In this document: positions 9,897-19,153 of the stretch, piece after piece
How the letters are laid out: each line of letters starts with the position of its first letter
Position numbering within the stretch: the stretch's first letter is position 1
Assembly: GCA_963759805.1 (NCBI GenBank)
Contig: CAVXAT010000002.1
Location: 32,001-96,000 of the forward strand
Length of the DNA: 64,000 nt
DNA from: an uncultured bacterium
Lineage (GTDB): Bacteria > Babelota > Babeliae > Babelales > RVW-14
Direction of reading: 5' to 3'
Position numbers and translations under genes: made by a program
Notes under the pieces: generated by a model
Database searches by the model: none
The model's input: the letters and a program-made list of their open reading frames with translations, nothing else
Told to the model about the DNA's origin: nothing

Positions 9897-10580
9897 TTAT
9901 TTTGGACAACAATTCGGATGTGTTCCACGTGGACCGCATACTCGATCTTTAAAATCATATTTATTACGATCATAACCAAAGCCGAGACAACCGTCTGTCT
10001 GTCCAGGTTTTGCAAGTGGAGAATGATGCATAACGTCAGGTACCCAACTTAATATATACTTCACTAATACAAAAGGCGCATATAAAATGTCAGTCCGTCC
10101 GTAAAACCATAATACTACCAAGCTAACTCCTCCTACCATAATAGCCGTACTTACAAGAGCAACTGGTCCGTGAGCAAGATATTTTATCGCTTTCCAAAAA
10201 TTATTGGGACCTTCTTTTAAATCACCTATTAAAGAATTTTCTTCTTTCTTTTCTGGCTTTTCTGTTAATTTTTTTAATAACTCAATTTGAGCTTTACCAA
10301 GCTCAATTTCATTTTTGAGTCTAACAACTTTTGCAATATCATCTGCAGACAAATTAGGATTCGAAGAAGCAGAGCGGAAAAACTCAGTTGCTTCCATTAT
10401 TTTTTTATTTTCACCATCACTTAAAACCACGACCGGAATAGGGTCATTGATAGATGCTTGAACCTCATCTTTTTTAACCATCGCAAAAAGATATATGGAA
10501 TCTGTTAATGCATAACTCATTGCAAGACAAGCAAAACTCAAAATTAAAACTTTACCCTTAAAAGTATATATGTTAATCAT
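9897..10580 (-). CDS. Hypothetical exported/membrane protein, paralog of 12139-12975
   Basis: ATG 10580 follows a GGGGGGA RBS; signal-like N-terminus ending FAM; PVVVLSDGENKK matches PVVMMSDGKESK of the paralog; C-terminal TM and Cys-rich tail. Confidence 0.65.
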   Translation of the reverse strand: MINIYTFKGKVLILSFACLAMSYALTDSIYLFAMVKKDEVQASINDPIPVVVLSDGENKKIMEATEFFRSASSNPNLSADDIAKVVRLKNEIELGKAQIELLKKLTEKPEKKEENSLIGDLKEGPNNFWKAIKYLAHGPVALVSTAIMVGGVSLVVLWFYGRTDILYAPFVLVKYILSWVPDVMHHSPLAKPGQTDGCLGFGYDRNKYDFKDRVCGPRGTHPNCCPK

Positions 10581-10829
10581 AAAAATCCCCCCGAAAATTA
10601 ACCCTAAATCTCTCAAATATGCGATATCTAAAGCTACCTTACTCACCCACTTGTACTCTATTTTCATCTTACAAGAAAGGCGTAATTTTGCAACAGGCAC
10701 GCAAAACCAAACAATAATCAAAACAAGCAAAATCCCATTATTAATTTCAAATATAAAAAACCAAAATTGATTCTAGGCCTAGAGGCCACGACTTGGACGT
10801 CATCAGCCCCCAGCGCTAGAATCAATTTT

Positions 10830-11951
10830 TTATTTTTCTAATAGCCTTGTTACAAATTTGTGAATTAAAACATAGCACAAAGGAATAAAAAATGGTGTCA
10901 TTTCAAAACTTCCATATCTGGCTATGTGCTGATCAAACGCACAAATCCTATCTAACGTATAATTATTATATCGAGCAACGCTACAGTTTGCTTCTGTGTC
11001 CTTTCCATACTCCGTATGAATCAAAAGAAACATCGTCAAAGATGCCATAAAAAAAGCCCCCAAAATAGCAAATGGCGCTTCTATAGTAAATCTAGACACA
11101 TTTAATGCAATGCCACCTAATGAAGTCGTTGATCCACTAACGACTTCTAATCTTCTTAAATACTCAGGGCTTATTGCATTTAGCGCAGACAATATTGTGG
11201 TTGCCATTTTTTGATCAACTGACGATAATACACGTTCTAGTTGTGCAGCTGCAGCTTCTGGTTTTATCTGTAATCTTGCTACTGCTGCCGCTGATCGACT
11301 TTGCATAGGTATAGCTTGTCCTTCTTGCAACGGTATTTCAGATTCTTTGTCTGAGATTATTCCGAACACATCTACTGTTTTCGGTAATGCTTTTAGAGAT
11401 TCGCAAAAGGACCCATACCATGTCTCACCCAATGCACGCCTTGCTACTTTTCTTGCCGCTTTTGCTCGTAACATTGCTGCTGCGTGCGCTGCTGGGTCTT
11501 GTGTTTGTGTTGCTTTATATTCTGCTATGGCTGACGCAATAATTGCTGCTAGAGCATTGGCTACTTGTGCTGGGGTTACTTGTACCAGCGCGTCAGACAA
11601 ATCACCTTCTAAAATAGCTGCTATTACTTCTGCGTTTTTTGTATGCGGTGAGATCAAACGTATTAAACTAGATTGACCTGCCACTTCTCGTACTACTGGT
11701 ACTACTGGGGCTGTTGTTGTTGATGTTGATGCTACTGGTTGTGGGGCTGGGGCTGTTGTTGATGTTGATGCTACTGGTGGTATTGTTAATGAACTCAAGC
11801 TCGAAGATCTCGAAACTCTTGTTGATGTTCCTGGCTTACGCTGTTGCTGCCCTTTTCCGGAACCACCCTTACCAGGGTTGCCAGTCATGGCAGATAGACT
11901 TGTAGAAATCAATAATCCCATCGAAACGATAAAAGCTAAATGCTTTTTCAT
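10830..11951 (-). CDS. Hypothetical exported protein with PVASTST repeats and C-terminal hydrophobic helices
   Basis: GGAGG RBS, signal peptide ending SAM, two PVASTSTT repeats. Confidence 0.7.
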   Translation of the reverse strand: MKKHLAFIVSMGLLISTSLSAMTGNPGKGGSGKGQQQRKPGTSTRVSRSSSLSSLTIPPVASTSTTAPAPQPVASTSTTTAPVVPVVREVAGQSSLIRLISPHTKNAEVIAAILEGDLSDALVQVTPAQVANALAAIIASAIAEYKATQTQDPAAHAAAMLRAKAARKVARRALGETWYGSFCESLKALPKTVDVFGIISDKESEIPLQEGQAIPMQSRSAAAVARLQIKPEAAAAQLERVLSSVDQKMATTILSALNAISPEYLRRLEVVSGSTTSLGGIALNVSRFTIEAPFAILGAFFMASLTMFLLIHTEYGKDTEANCSVARYNNYTLDRICAFDQHIARYGSFEMTPFFIPLCYVLIHKFVTRLLEK

Positions 11952-12138
11952 GATATAACCTCCTAAAAAAATAAATAATATAACCTCACATTTTTAAAGA
12001 CTACTATTCTTTGTAATCTCTTCTATTTTCTCAAATAATTGCATAACAGTCAAACGCATGCAATGTATCAAAAAACTGTAAAAATCAACAAAAAATGACT
12101 TTGAATGTTTCTATGTGAAAAGATACAGAAGTTGCCGT

Positions 12139-12975
12139 TTAGCAGCCACGTAGGTTTTTATCAATCGCGCACAATGATGGATCGCACAGGGTACCATCAA
12201 TCTCGCAATAGCCGGCAAAGCTCCCATCCGGCAAAACAACGGCCGGAACGCTGTTTGAAATCAGTTTCGCTGCCTGCTTTAATTGGGCTTCTTGGGCCGA
12301 AATTTTGTTTAACTGAGCATTACAAATCCCATTCTTCCCTGAACCCCAACGCTCTGAAATTCCAGGTATCCAATCTGCAATCAAAGGCCCCGGCCCATTG
12401 CAGTAGGCAGGAATAATCAAAAGTTGCCACACAATTGCTCCACCTATCAATAAAACAACCCCCATTGTTGCACCAACTGCAACACCTTTGATAACAGATT
12501 TCGAAAGCGATTTTAACGACTGCCCTACCCCTTGCAAAGATTCTTTTAAAGTATCAACAACAAAAGAGTCTTTAAAGGCAGACCTAATCCAGTTCCCTAC
12601 TGAGCCTGTTGATGGTAAACCATTGGCACTACGTTGGTCGCTTAACTCTGCTAATCCATCTGGTCTGGATGGTAAAACTCCTCGATCCAAACTTCGCTTA
12701 AGATTAAGTACGTTTTGAAATTCCTCTTTATTTTTCATTTTTCCGGCATCTTCTAAGGCAACTTTCAAAAATTCCTCCATCGGAACAACTTTGGATTCTT
12801 TGCCGTCACTCATCATAACAACTGGATGCAAAGCAGCATCTTGTGCCGGAGTTGGCATAGCGGAGAATAATTCAGTTACGTAACTAGTCACACAAATAAA
12901 TGAAATCAGAGTAGCAAAAAGAACTTTGCTACCCCAAAATTTACACACAGTCTTAAATTCATCAAATTTAAACAT
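12139..12975 (-). CDS. Hypothetical exported/membrane protein, paralog of 9897-10580
   Basis: Signal-like N-terminus ending SAM, PVVMMSDGK motif, TM helix, Cys-rich tail. Confidence 0.68.
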   Translation of the reverse strand: MFKFDEFKTVCKFWGSKVLFATLISFICVTSYVTELFSAMPTPAQDAALHPVVMMSDGKESKVVPMEEFLKVALEDAGKMKNKEEFQNVLNLKRSLDRGVLPSRPDGLAELSDQRSANGLPSTGSVGNWIRSAFKDSFVVDTLKESLQGVGQSLKSLSKSVIKGVAVGATMGVVLLIGGAIVWQLLIIPAYCNGPGPLIADWIPGISERWGSGKNGICNAQLNKISAQEAQLKQAAKLISNSVPAVVLPDGSFAGYCEIDGTLCDPSLCAIDKNLRGC

Positions 12976-13071
12976 TTTTTATCTTTCTAAAATTATACGC
13001 TTAAATGAAAGCCTACAAAAGCTTACAGATAAAAATACTTTTATCAAGTAAGATTATTTAATAGAAAAACC

Positions 13072-13107
13072 AAAAAAGACGGTAGATTTTTAAAATTCTA
13101 CCGTCTT
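13072..13107 (-). terminator. Probable intrinsic terminator
   Basis: Perfect 11-bp stem aagacggtaga / tctaccgtctt with an adjoining A-run. Confidence 0.65.
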
Positions 13108-13161
13108 AAAACTTCTTACTTACAAACTTCTTAATCTTTTCAGATTAAAGATCAATTCGGA

Positions 13162-14007
13162 TTAGTCGTCAAGGCCAAATGGATGGTATCCCCATCTTCT
13201 TAGTTCTGGGCGTCCAAAGAAAAAACTTACAGGCAGCTTAATAAATAAATCATAAGCACAACGCAATCCAATTATAACCCCAAAAAGCCATCCACCAAAA
13301 CGTAAGCCACTCAATCCAAGAAATGTTCCCAGATACTGTAATCCCGAAATTGCAGTCCATAATCTTGAGACCGTATAGTGAAAGGAGATTCGAGAAAATA
13401 CATCCTCCAATGCAAAACCGGCCAATCTCAATCTCTTATTCGCGGCATCTCCAAGAGCATCGCTTGATGTGAGATATAACATTATTCCGCATAATAAACC
13501 CTCTAAAACACATCTAATTAAAACTTTTGTTGTTGGCTCAGCATTAGCTGTAGAATTAGTAATCCAAGAGGTTATTGATGACCCTAACTCCCAAGGAGCA
13601 GCAAGTAATTTCTTAAGAGCACTGACTGCTGCCTGGCGATTAGCAGGCACTGCTGCTGCAGAGGTACTCGCACCAGGAGTAAGAACATTGCCTAATGCCC
13701 TGCGATTAGCAGGTACTTCCGCTGTAGGTGTACTCGCAACAAGAGTAAAAGCTTTGCCTCCTGCCCTACGATTAGCAGGTACTTCCGCTGTAGACGTACT
13801 CGCAACAGGAAGCCTTTTGACTTCCTCAACAGAAGAAGTTTGCGTTGCATACGTAACAGCGCTGCTGTGATAATCCTTCTGTTTCTTCTGGGAAGAATCC
13901 TTCTGGGAAGCATTCTCATCTTTTTTCATGGCATTTAAGTCAGAACTCAAAAGGCCCATACTCAACCCTGCACCCACCAATAAAAACACAAATATATTCT
14001 TTTTCAC
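13162..14007 (-). CDS. Hypothetical exported protein with three 22-aa repeats (ASTSTAEVPANRR) and hydrophobic C-terminus
   Basis: GGAGGTTATC-GTG start at 14007; signal peptide ending NAM; 66-bp repeats with matching positions at 13638, 13704, 13770. Confidence 0.68.
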   Translation of the reverse strand: MKKNIFVFLLVGAGLSMGLLSSDLNAMKKDENASQKDSSQKKQKDYHSSAVTYATQTSSVEEVKRLPVASTSTAEVPANRRAGGKAFTLVASTPTAEVPANRRALGNVLTPGASTSAAAVPANRQAAVSALKKLLAAPWELGSSITSWITNSTANAEPTTKVLIRCVLEGLLCGIMLYLTSSDALGDAANKRLRLAGFALEDVFSRISFHYTVSRLWTAISGLQYLGTFLGLSGLRFGGWLFGVIIGLRCAYDLFIKLPVSFFFGRPELRRWGYHPFGLDD

Positions 14008-14200
14008 GATAACCTCCATATTTAATAAAACTAAAAAAACCACCATCTTTTTAAACTAAAATTTATCACTTGTAATATTATACTAGCAGACAAAAATACT
14101 AAAATCAAAGGCCCCCACCCCATTGCAAACTTGAAAAACAAAAAATATACTCTATCATCACATAAGATTTTAAATAAATTATTAAATAAACTATCCAATT

Positions 14201-14240
14201 GTGTGTTAGGAATTAGATGTGTGTGTTAGGAATTAGATGT
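14201..14240 (+). repeat. Perfect 20-bp tandem duplication spanning the acs RBS/start
   Basis: gtgtgttaggaattagatgt x2. Confidence 0.9.
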
Positions 14241-16309
14241 CTGAATCATTGACAGAAAGTAGCTTGAAGTTTTGGGAAAAGCAGGCTCAAAAATTACCTT
14301 GGTTTAAAAAATGGAATCATGTTCTAGCATGGAATGAACCATTTGCACACTGGTTTGTTGGCGGTCAAATAAATGCCTCATACGCATGTCTAGATATTCA
14401 CATTAAAAACGGATTGCAGGACAAAACAGCAATCATCTGGGAAAGTGAGAATGGTAGCTCACAAACTCTCACATACGGCCAACTTTATGATCAAGTAAAT
14501 AAATTTGCCAGTTTTTTACAAACACAGGGTGTTAAAAAGGGCGACATCATCGTCATTTATCTTCCAATGATTCCTGAAGCAATTGTGGCCATGCTGGCAG
14601 TGGCACGGCTTGGGGCAACGCATTCAGTAGTGTTCTCAGGCTTTAATACAACGGCATTAAAAGATAGAATTGTCGACACTCAAGCCAAATTCGTAATTAC
14701 AACTGATGCGGCATTTTATAGAAACAAAAATATTGTCCCGAAATATGTTGTATCAGACGCAATCAGACAGATTAGCCAGACTGCGCATGACAATGCAGCG
14801 CAAGCAAATTTTGTTAAAAAAGTTATTGTAATTAAGCGAACAGAAAATTCAATAACTATAAATCCCGATCTTGATGTTATTTACGACCCAAACACCTCAA
14901 CGGGTCCGATGGAACCTAGCCATGCGGAATTTGTTCCCGCCGCCGTGCCCGGCGTAGCCACGACCTGTCCCTCGGAGCTACCTGAGCGGAGTGGGAAGGA
15001 CGAAGCCTGGATGCCTGTCGAATCCAATCACCCTCTTTTTATTTTATATACATCCGGAACTACAGGAAAACCCAAGGGCATCGTCCACTCAACCGGCGGA
15101 TATTTAACTTATGTTTATTCAACAATTAAATGGGCTTTTAATATCAGCAAAGATTCAATTTACTGGTGCACGGCAGACATTGGGTGGATTACGGGGCATT
15201 CGTACGTAGTCTACGGCCCCCTCATGCACGGGGCAACAATTTACATCCGCGAGGGCGCACCTGACTGGCCAACTCAGGATGTCTGGTGGAAGGCAATTGA
15301 AAAGCATAAAATTTCAATTTTTTACACATCCCCAACGGCATTACGTATGTTCATGAAAATGGGTAACGAGAATATTTTAAAACACGATTTATCCAGTTTA
15401 AAAACGCTTGGTTCGGTTGGCGAACCGATAAACCCTGAAGTCTGGCGATGGTTCAATGATGTTATCGGACAAAAAAGGTGTCCGATAATTGATACGTGGT
15501 GGCAGACGGAAACAGGTGGTTTTATGATCTCTCCAACCGCAGGACTTAATCCTACCACAGAGCTTAATCCAATTGCAGAAATAAAACTTAAACCCGGGTC
15601 CGCAACCTTTGCATTACCGGAAATTGATGCTGACATTGTTGATTCAGGCGGACAATCCGTACCACCCGAAACCAAAGGGTTTCTTGTAATCAAAAAGCCT
15701 TGGCCGGGAATGGCAATTGGAATTCATAACAATCCACAAGCATTTCGTGAGATTTATTGGTCAAAGTTCCCAAGCATGTATTATTCAGGCGATTATGCAA
15801 TAAAAGATTCCGAAGGGTATTTCTGGTTACTTGGCCGAGCAGATGAAGTATTAAAAATCTCCGGCCATAGAATTGGAACATCAGAAATTGAAAGCATAAC
15901 ACTTGAACATGAAGCAATTGCTGAAACTGCAGTTATCGGAATTCCTGATGAGATAAGAGGAGAAGCAATAATTATATTCTCGATTCTCAAAACAAGTTTC
16001 ACCGTGAGCATTAGCACTGAACACGAAGTATTAAAACACGACGTATTAAAACACGACGTGTTGGAACACGAAGTGTTCAAGCAAGAAATCTTGCAAAAAA
16101 TCAGAACTCAGATTGGTGCATTTGCAACTCCAAAAGAGATTCACTTTGTTGAAAGTTTACCAAAAACCCGTTCGGGGAAAATAATGCGTAGACTGCTTAA
16201 AGCAGTTGTGCAGGGTCAAGCAATCGGAGACCTGTCCACATTGGAAGATGGAACGTCGATTGAAGAAATTCAAGCAATTTATAATATGATTAAGAAACAG
16301 TTGGGATAA
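14237..16309 (+). CDS. acs: Acetyl-CoA synthetase with an in-frame 23-aa element-derived insertion
   Basis: [57 protein letters not shown]. Confidence 0.96.
   Translation: [690 protein letters not shown]
14942..15010 (+). mobile_element. 69-bp palindromic module (36-bp unit containing a 33-bp unit at 14964-14996) inserted in frame in acs
   Basis: 67/69 identical to the reverse complement of 3879-3947; encodes [23 protein letters not shown]. Confidence 0.9.
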
Positions 16310-16333
16310 ATTCCACAAAATTAAGAATATAAA

Positions 16334-16918
16334 TTAAGAACGTGCAAATGTAACTAGTTTTGAATAATCTCCTTGATCTGCTAACTTCAATGCATCAATA
16401 TACTGTTTTCGAATTGGTGTAGCCTTATATAAATCCTGATTTATTCCCCAACTAAAACGGGGATGTCCCAATTGCATTATAAGCAAATCAGCCATCAAGC
16501 GCGCATGTCGCCCATTCCCGTTAGGAAAGGCATGAATCCACACTAAACGATGGTGTAATCTTACCGCAATTTCGTCATCAGAAAAAGATTTGTTCTCCAG
16601 TTGATAATTAACATCATCACAAAGTTTTTTCAACTCGACTGGAATAATAGGCCAGTCAACACCTATATTTTTCCCATAATGACGAAAGATCCCTGCCCAC
16701 TTCCATGTTTCATTAAACATCTGTTTATGTAGCTGCTGAATAAAATGAACCGAAATAATATCCTTTTTTTCACGCCCCCATTTTTCGGCAGCAATAATAT
16801 TTTTTTGTTCCCAAGCATTCAGTTGTTCATGAGTGGTAATATGTGTTGGGATTAAATCGGCAATTTCCTCCGGCTCGATGGGCGTAGCGCCCTCCGGATA
16901 ATTAAATTTCATCATCAC
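16334..16918 (-). CDS. Fic-domain protein (mobile mystery protein B type)
   Basis: YP.GATP......LIP.HI.T...LN.WEQ.NI; WKWAG.FR....NIG; Fic motif HAFPNGNGRHAR. Confidence 0.88.
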   Translation of the reverse strand: MMMKFNYPEGATPIEPEEIADLIPTHITTHEQLNAWEQKNIIAAEKWGREKKDIISVHFIQQLHKQMFNETWKWAGIFRHYGKNIGVDWPIIPVELKKLCDDVNYQLENKSFSDDEIAVRLHHRLVWIHAFPNGNGRHARLMADLLIMQLGHPRFSWGINQDLYKATPIRKQYIDALKLADQGDYSKLVTFARS

Positions 16919-17384
16919 TCCAAAGATTTCTTGGACTCCCTTGAAGCAATTCCTCTATCAGATCATCCTCCTGTTGACGCCTCTGCTCAGAAGAAAGCCC
17001 CTGTTGTTCCAATTTCATTGAATGCTCCACAACGCTAAGGCGTTTTCTTGCAACCAATTGCGCTCTTTCTTTTAGTATCTGATCAAAGGGCTTGTTTGGA
17101 ATGAAAAAATATACGCAACGACAATTCATCGCCCTTGCAACCTGATCAAGAGCCTCTAAGGAGATAGTTCGCTCCTTTTCACGACGTTCAAATGCCATCA
17201 CATTCGACTGAGTACACCCCAACCGCTTGGCAAGTTGCTGTCCTGATAACCCCAGAACTTTACGAATAACCTGAATCCATCCATTCTTGGGAACATGTTT
17301 TTGAGCTAAAATGTTAAGGTCAGTTAAGCTCGCCTGTACTTGATCACGCATCATTTTCTGAAAATTTTTTCTCATAATAATCAC
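16902..17384 (-). CDS. XRE-family HTH protein (mobile mystery protein A type)
   Basis: P..GWI..IR..LG.S..QLA.RLG; SM.LE.Q and P..LW tail; adjacent to the Fic gene. Confidence 0.85.
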   Translation of the reverse strand: MIIMRKNFQKMMRDQVQASLTDLNILAQKHVPKNGWIQVIRKVLGLSGQQLAKRLGCTQSNVMAFERREKERTISLEALDQVARAMNCRCVYFFIPNKPFDQILKERAQLVARKRLSVVEHSMKLEQQGLSSEQRRQQEDDLIEELLQGSPRNLWSDDEI

Positions 17385-17498
17385 CTATAAGTATTAATTT
17401 AATTAAAAATTATAATCTATAAGTGATTATATTGGAAAAATTAATATAATTAAAAGGGTTTGCTAATTTTATATATTTCTACTATTTAACAAACGAAT

Positions 17499-18359
17499 TT
17501 AAGCCGTAACTGGAGAGTGTTGTTGCACTGCAGGGATTTCTTTCGCATTATCTCGATTTGCCAAAGACTCTGCCAGCATTAAAGATCTTTCATCAAGATT
17601 ATATGCCCTTACTTTGACATCGGTATGTCCATAGCGAATACCTACAAAATTCATCCCCAACTCTTGGGCGGCAACTTTTACAGATTCCACGTTTTTTAGC
17701 TTATCATCAACAAAAACAATCTTTTTTACTTTCAATTCCGGTTTACCCAACAAAAAGGCCTTAAGCGCCGGCCCTTTGTAATACCCATCACAAAACAAAA
17801 TGCCATTACAATACTTGGACCCTAGAGTGGTAAGTGTTGCATTAATTCCATTTTCAGAAATGGCTCCCTGTTCAACATCAATTCCAACTGATTTTAGCTG
17901 GTTAAAAACGCTCTCTATCAGACAGAGAGACCTAACAGTTAAAATCATCACGCTATGGCCATTGTTTTTCAAGTCTTTGATCAAATCTTTTGTACAAGAT
18001 TCAACAGCCTGAACCGCCGCAGAACGCTGAATTTCTACGTAAACTGGAAGCAGTTTAGACTTCGCATCTGCATTTGATAACCCATTATCTTCAAGTTTGT
18101 TCATCATTGCACAAAACCAAGCATCAAAGCCATAATCCACTTTACCTTCAACAAGTACATTATCGTAATCAAAGATAAATAAAGTTTCAGGCTCAATAAA
18201 TCTTTTGACATCTTCAATAGCATTACTTTCTATGATCTGAACGGATGTATCCGCAGGTACACCAATGGGAAGCTTACGCGAGCCCTGAAATTTATAAAAA
18301 GCAATTGCAACAGCCAACGAACATAATGTTAACACAAATAATTTTGTAATTTTTTTCAT
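17499..18359 (-). CDS. Exported HAD-like protein (DUF2608-like)
   Basis: FDYDNVL, LTVR, GILFC....KG, VFVDDK..N motifs; N-terminal TM. Confidence 0.7.
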   Translation of the reverse strand: MKKITKLFVLTLCSLAVAIAFYKFQGSRKLPIGVPADTSVQIIESNAIEDVKRFIEPETLFIFDYDNVLVEGKVDYGFDAWFCAMMNKLEDNGLSNADAKSKLLPVYVEIQRSAAVQAVESCTKDLIKDLKNNGHSVMILTVRSLCLIESVFNQLKSVGIDVEQGAISENGINATLTTLGSKYCNGILFCDGYYKGPALKAFLLGKPELKVKKIVFVDDKLKNVESVKVAAQELGMNFVGIRYGHTDVKVRAYNLDERSLMLAESLANRDNAKEIPAVQQHSPVTA

Positions 18360-19093
18360 GATACTCTCTTAAATATTGCTAGAAACTCTTTGTTACCAGA
18401 CTTATCGCCTTTGATTGGCGATTCCATTAAATCCATCATTTCAAAACCAAACTCCAGCATCCCATTTTTTATTTTTTCGACAACTTTTTTGTGCACGTCA
18501 TCGTCTTTAACTATTCCGCCACGCCTAACATCTTCTCGCTCTGCCTCGAATTGAGGCTTGATCAATGTAATAATTCTTGCATCGGGCTTTAATAACTTAC
18601 AAACCGCGGGCATAACTTTAAGCAAAGAGATAAAAGACAGATCAAGAGTTGCCAAATCTACCAACTCCGGCAAAGAGTCAAGATAACGTAAATTTGTTTT
18701 TTCGTACAAGATAACTCGAGGATCTTTGCGAAGTTTTTCATGAACAATTCCAAAACCGACATCCACGCCGTAAACACGTTTTGCACCTCGCTGCAGCAAG
18801 CAGTCAGTAAAACCACCTGTTGAAATTCCTGCATCAAGAACCACCAAGCCTGTAACATCAATCTTGAAATTATCCAAAGCACCTTCAAGTTTAAATCCTG
18901 CACGGCTTACAAATTTTGGCGTTTCATTTTCAAGCTCAATTTTTGCATCAGGAATAACCTGTGTGCCGGCCTTATCTACAATCTGGTCATTAACCTTGAC
19001 CTTGCGCTGCAGAATAAAACTTTGTATCTGATTTCTTGATAAATTCGGGAATCGCTCCTGAATAACCAAATCTAACCTCTTTTTCTCAGCCAT
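18356..19093 (-). CDS. tlyA: TlyA-family rRNA methyltransferase (S4 + FtsJ domains)
   Basis: KRLD, FVSRAG.KL..AL, LDAG.STGGFTDCLLQ.GA..V..VDVG, D.SFISL, LIKPQFEA, GNKEFL. Confidence 0.95.
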   Translation of the reverse strand: MAEKKRLDLVIQERFPNLSRNQIQSFILQRKVKVNDQIVDKAGTQVIPDAKIELENETPKFVSRAGFKLEGALDNFKIDVTGLVVLDAGISTGGFTDCLLQRGAKRVYGVDVGFGIVHEKLRKDPRVILYEKTNLRYLDSLPELVDLATLDLSFISLLKVMPAVCKLLKPDARIITLIKPQFEAEREDVRRGGIVKDDDVHKKVVEKIKNGMLEFGFEMMDLMESPIKGDKSGNKEFLAIFKRVS

Positions 19094-19101
19094 AATTTAT
19101 T

Positions 19102-19153
19102 CAAGCATAACTTTTATGCAAGCATAAGTTTTATGCAAGCATAAGTTTTATGC
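19102..19153. repeat. 17-bp tandem repeat x3, intergenic
   Basis: caagcataa(c/g)ttttatg repeated three times. Confidence 0.85.
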
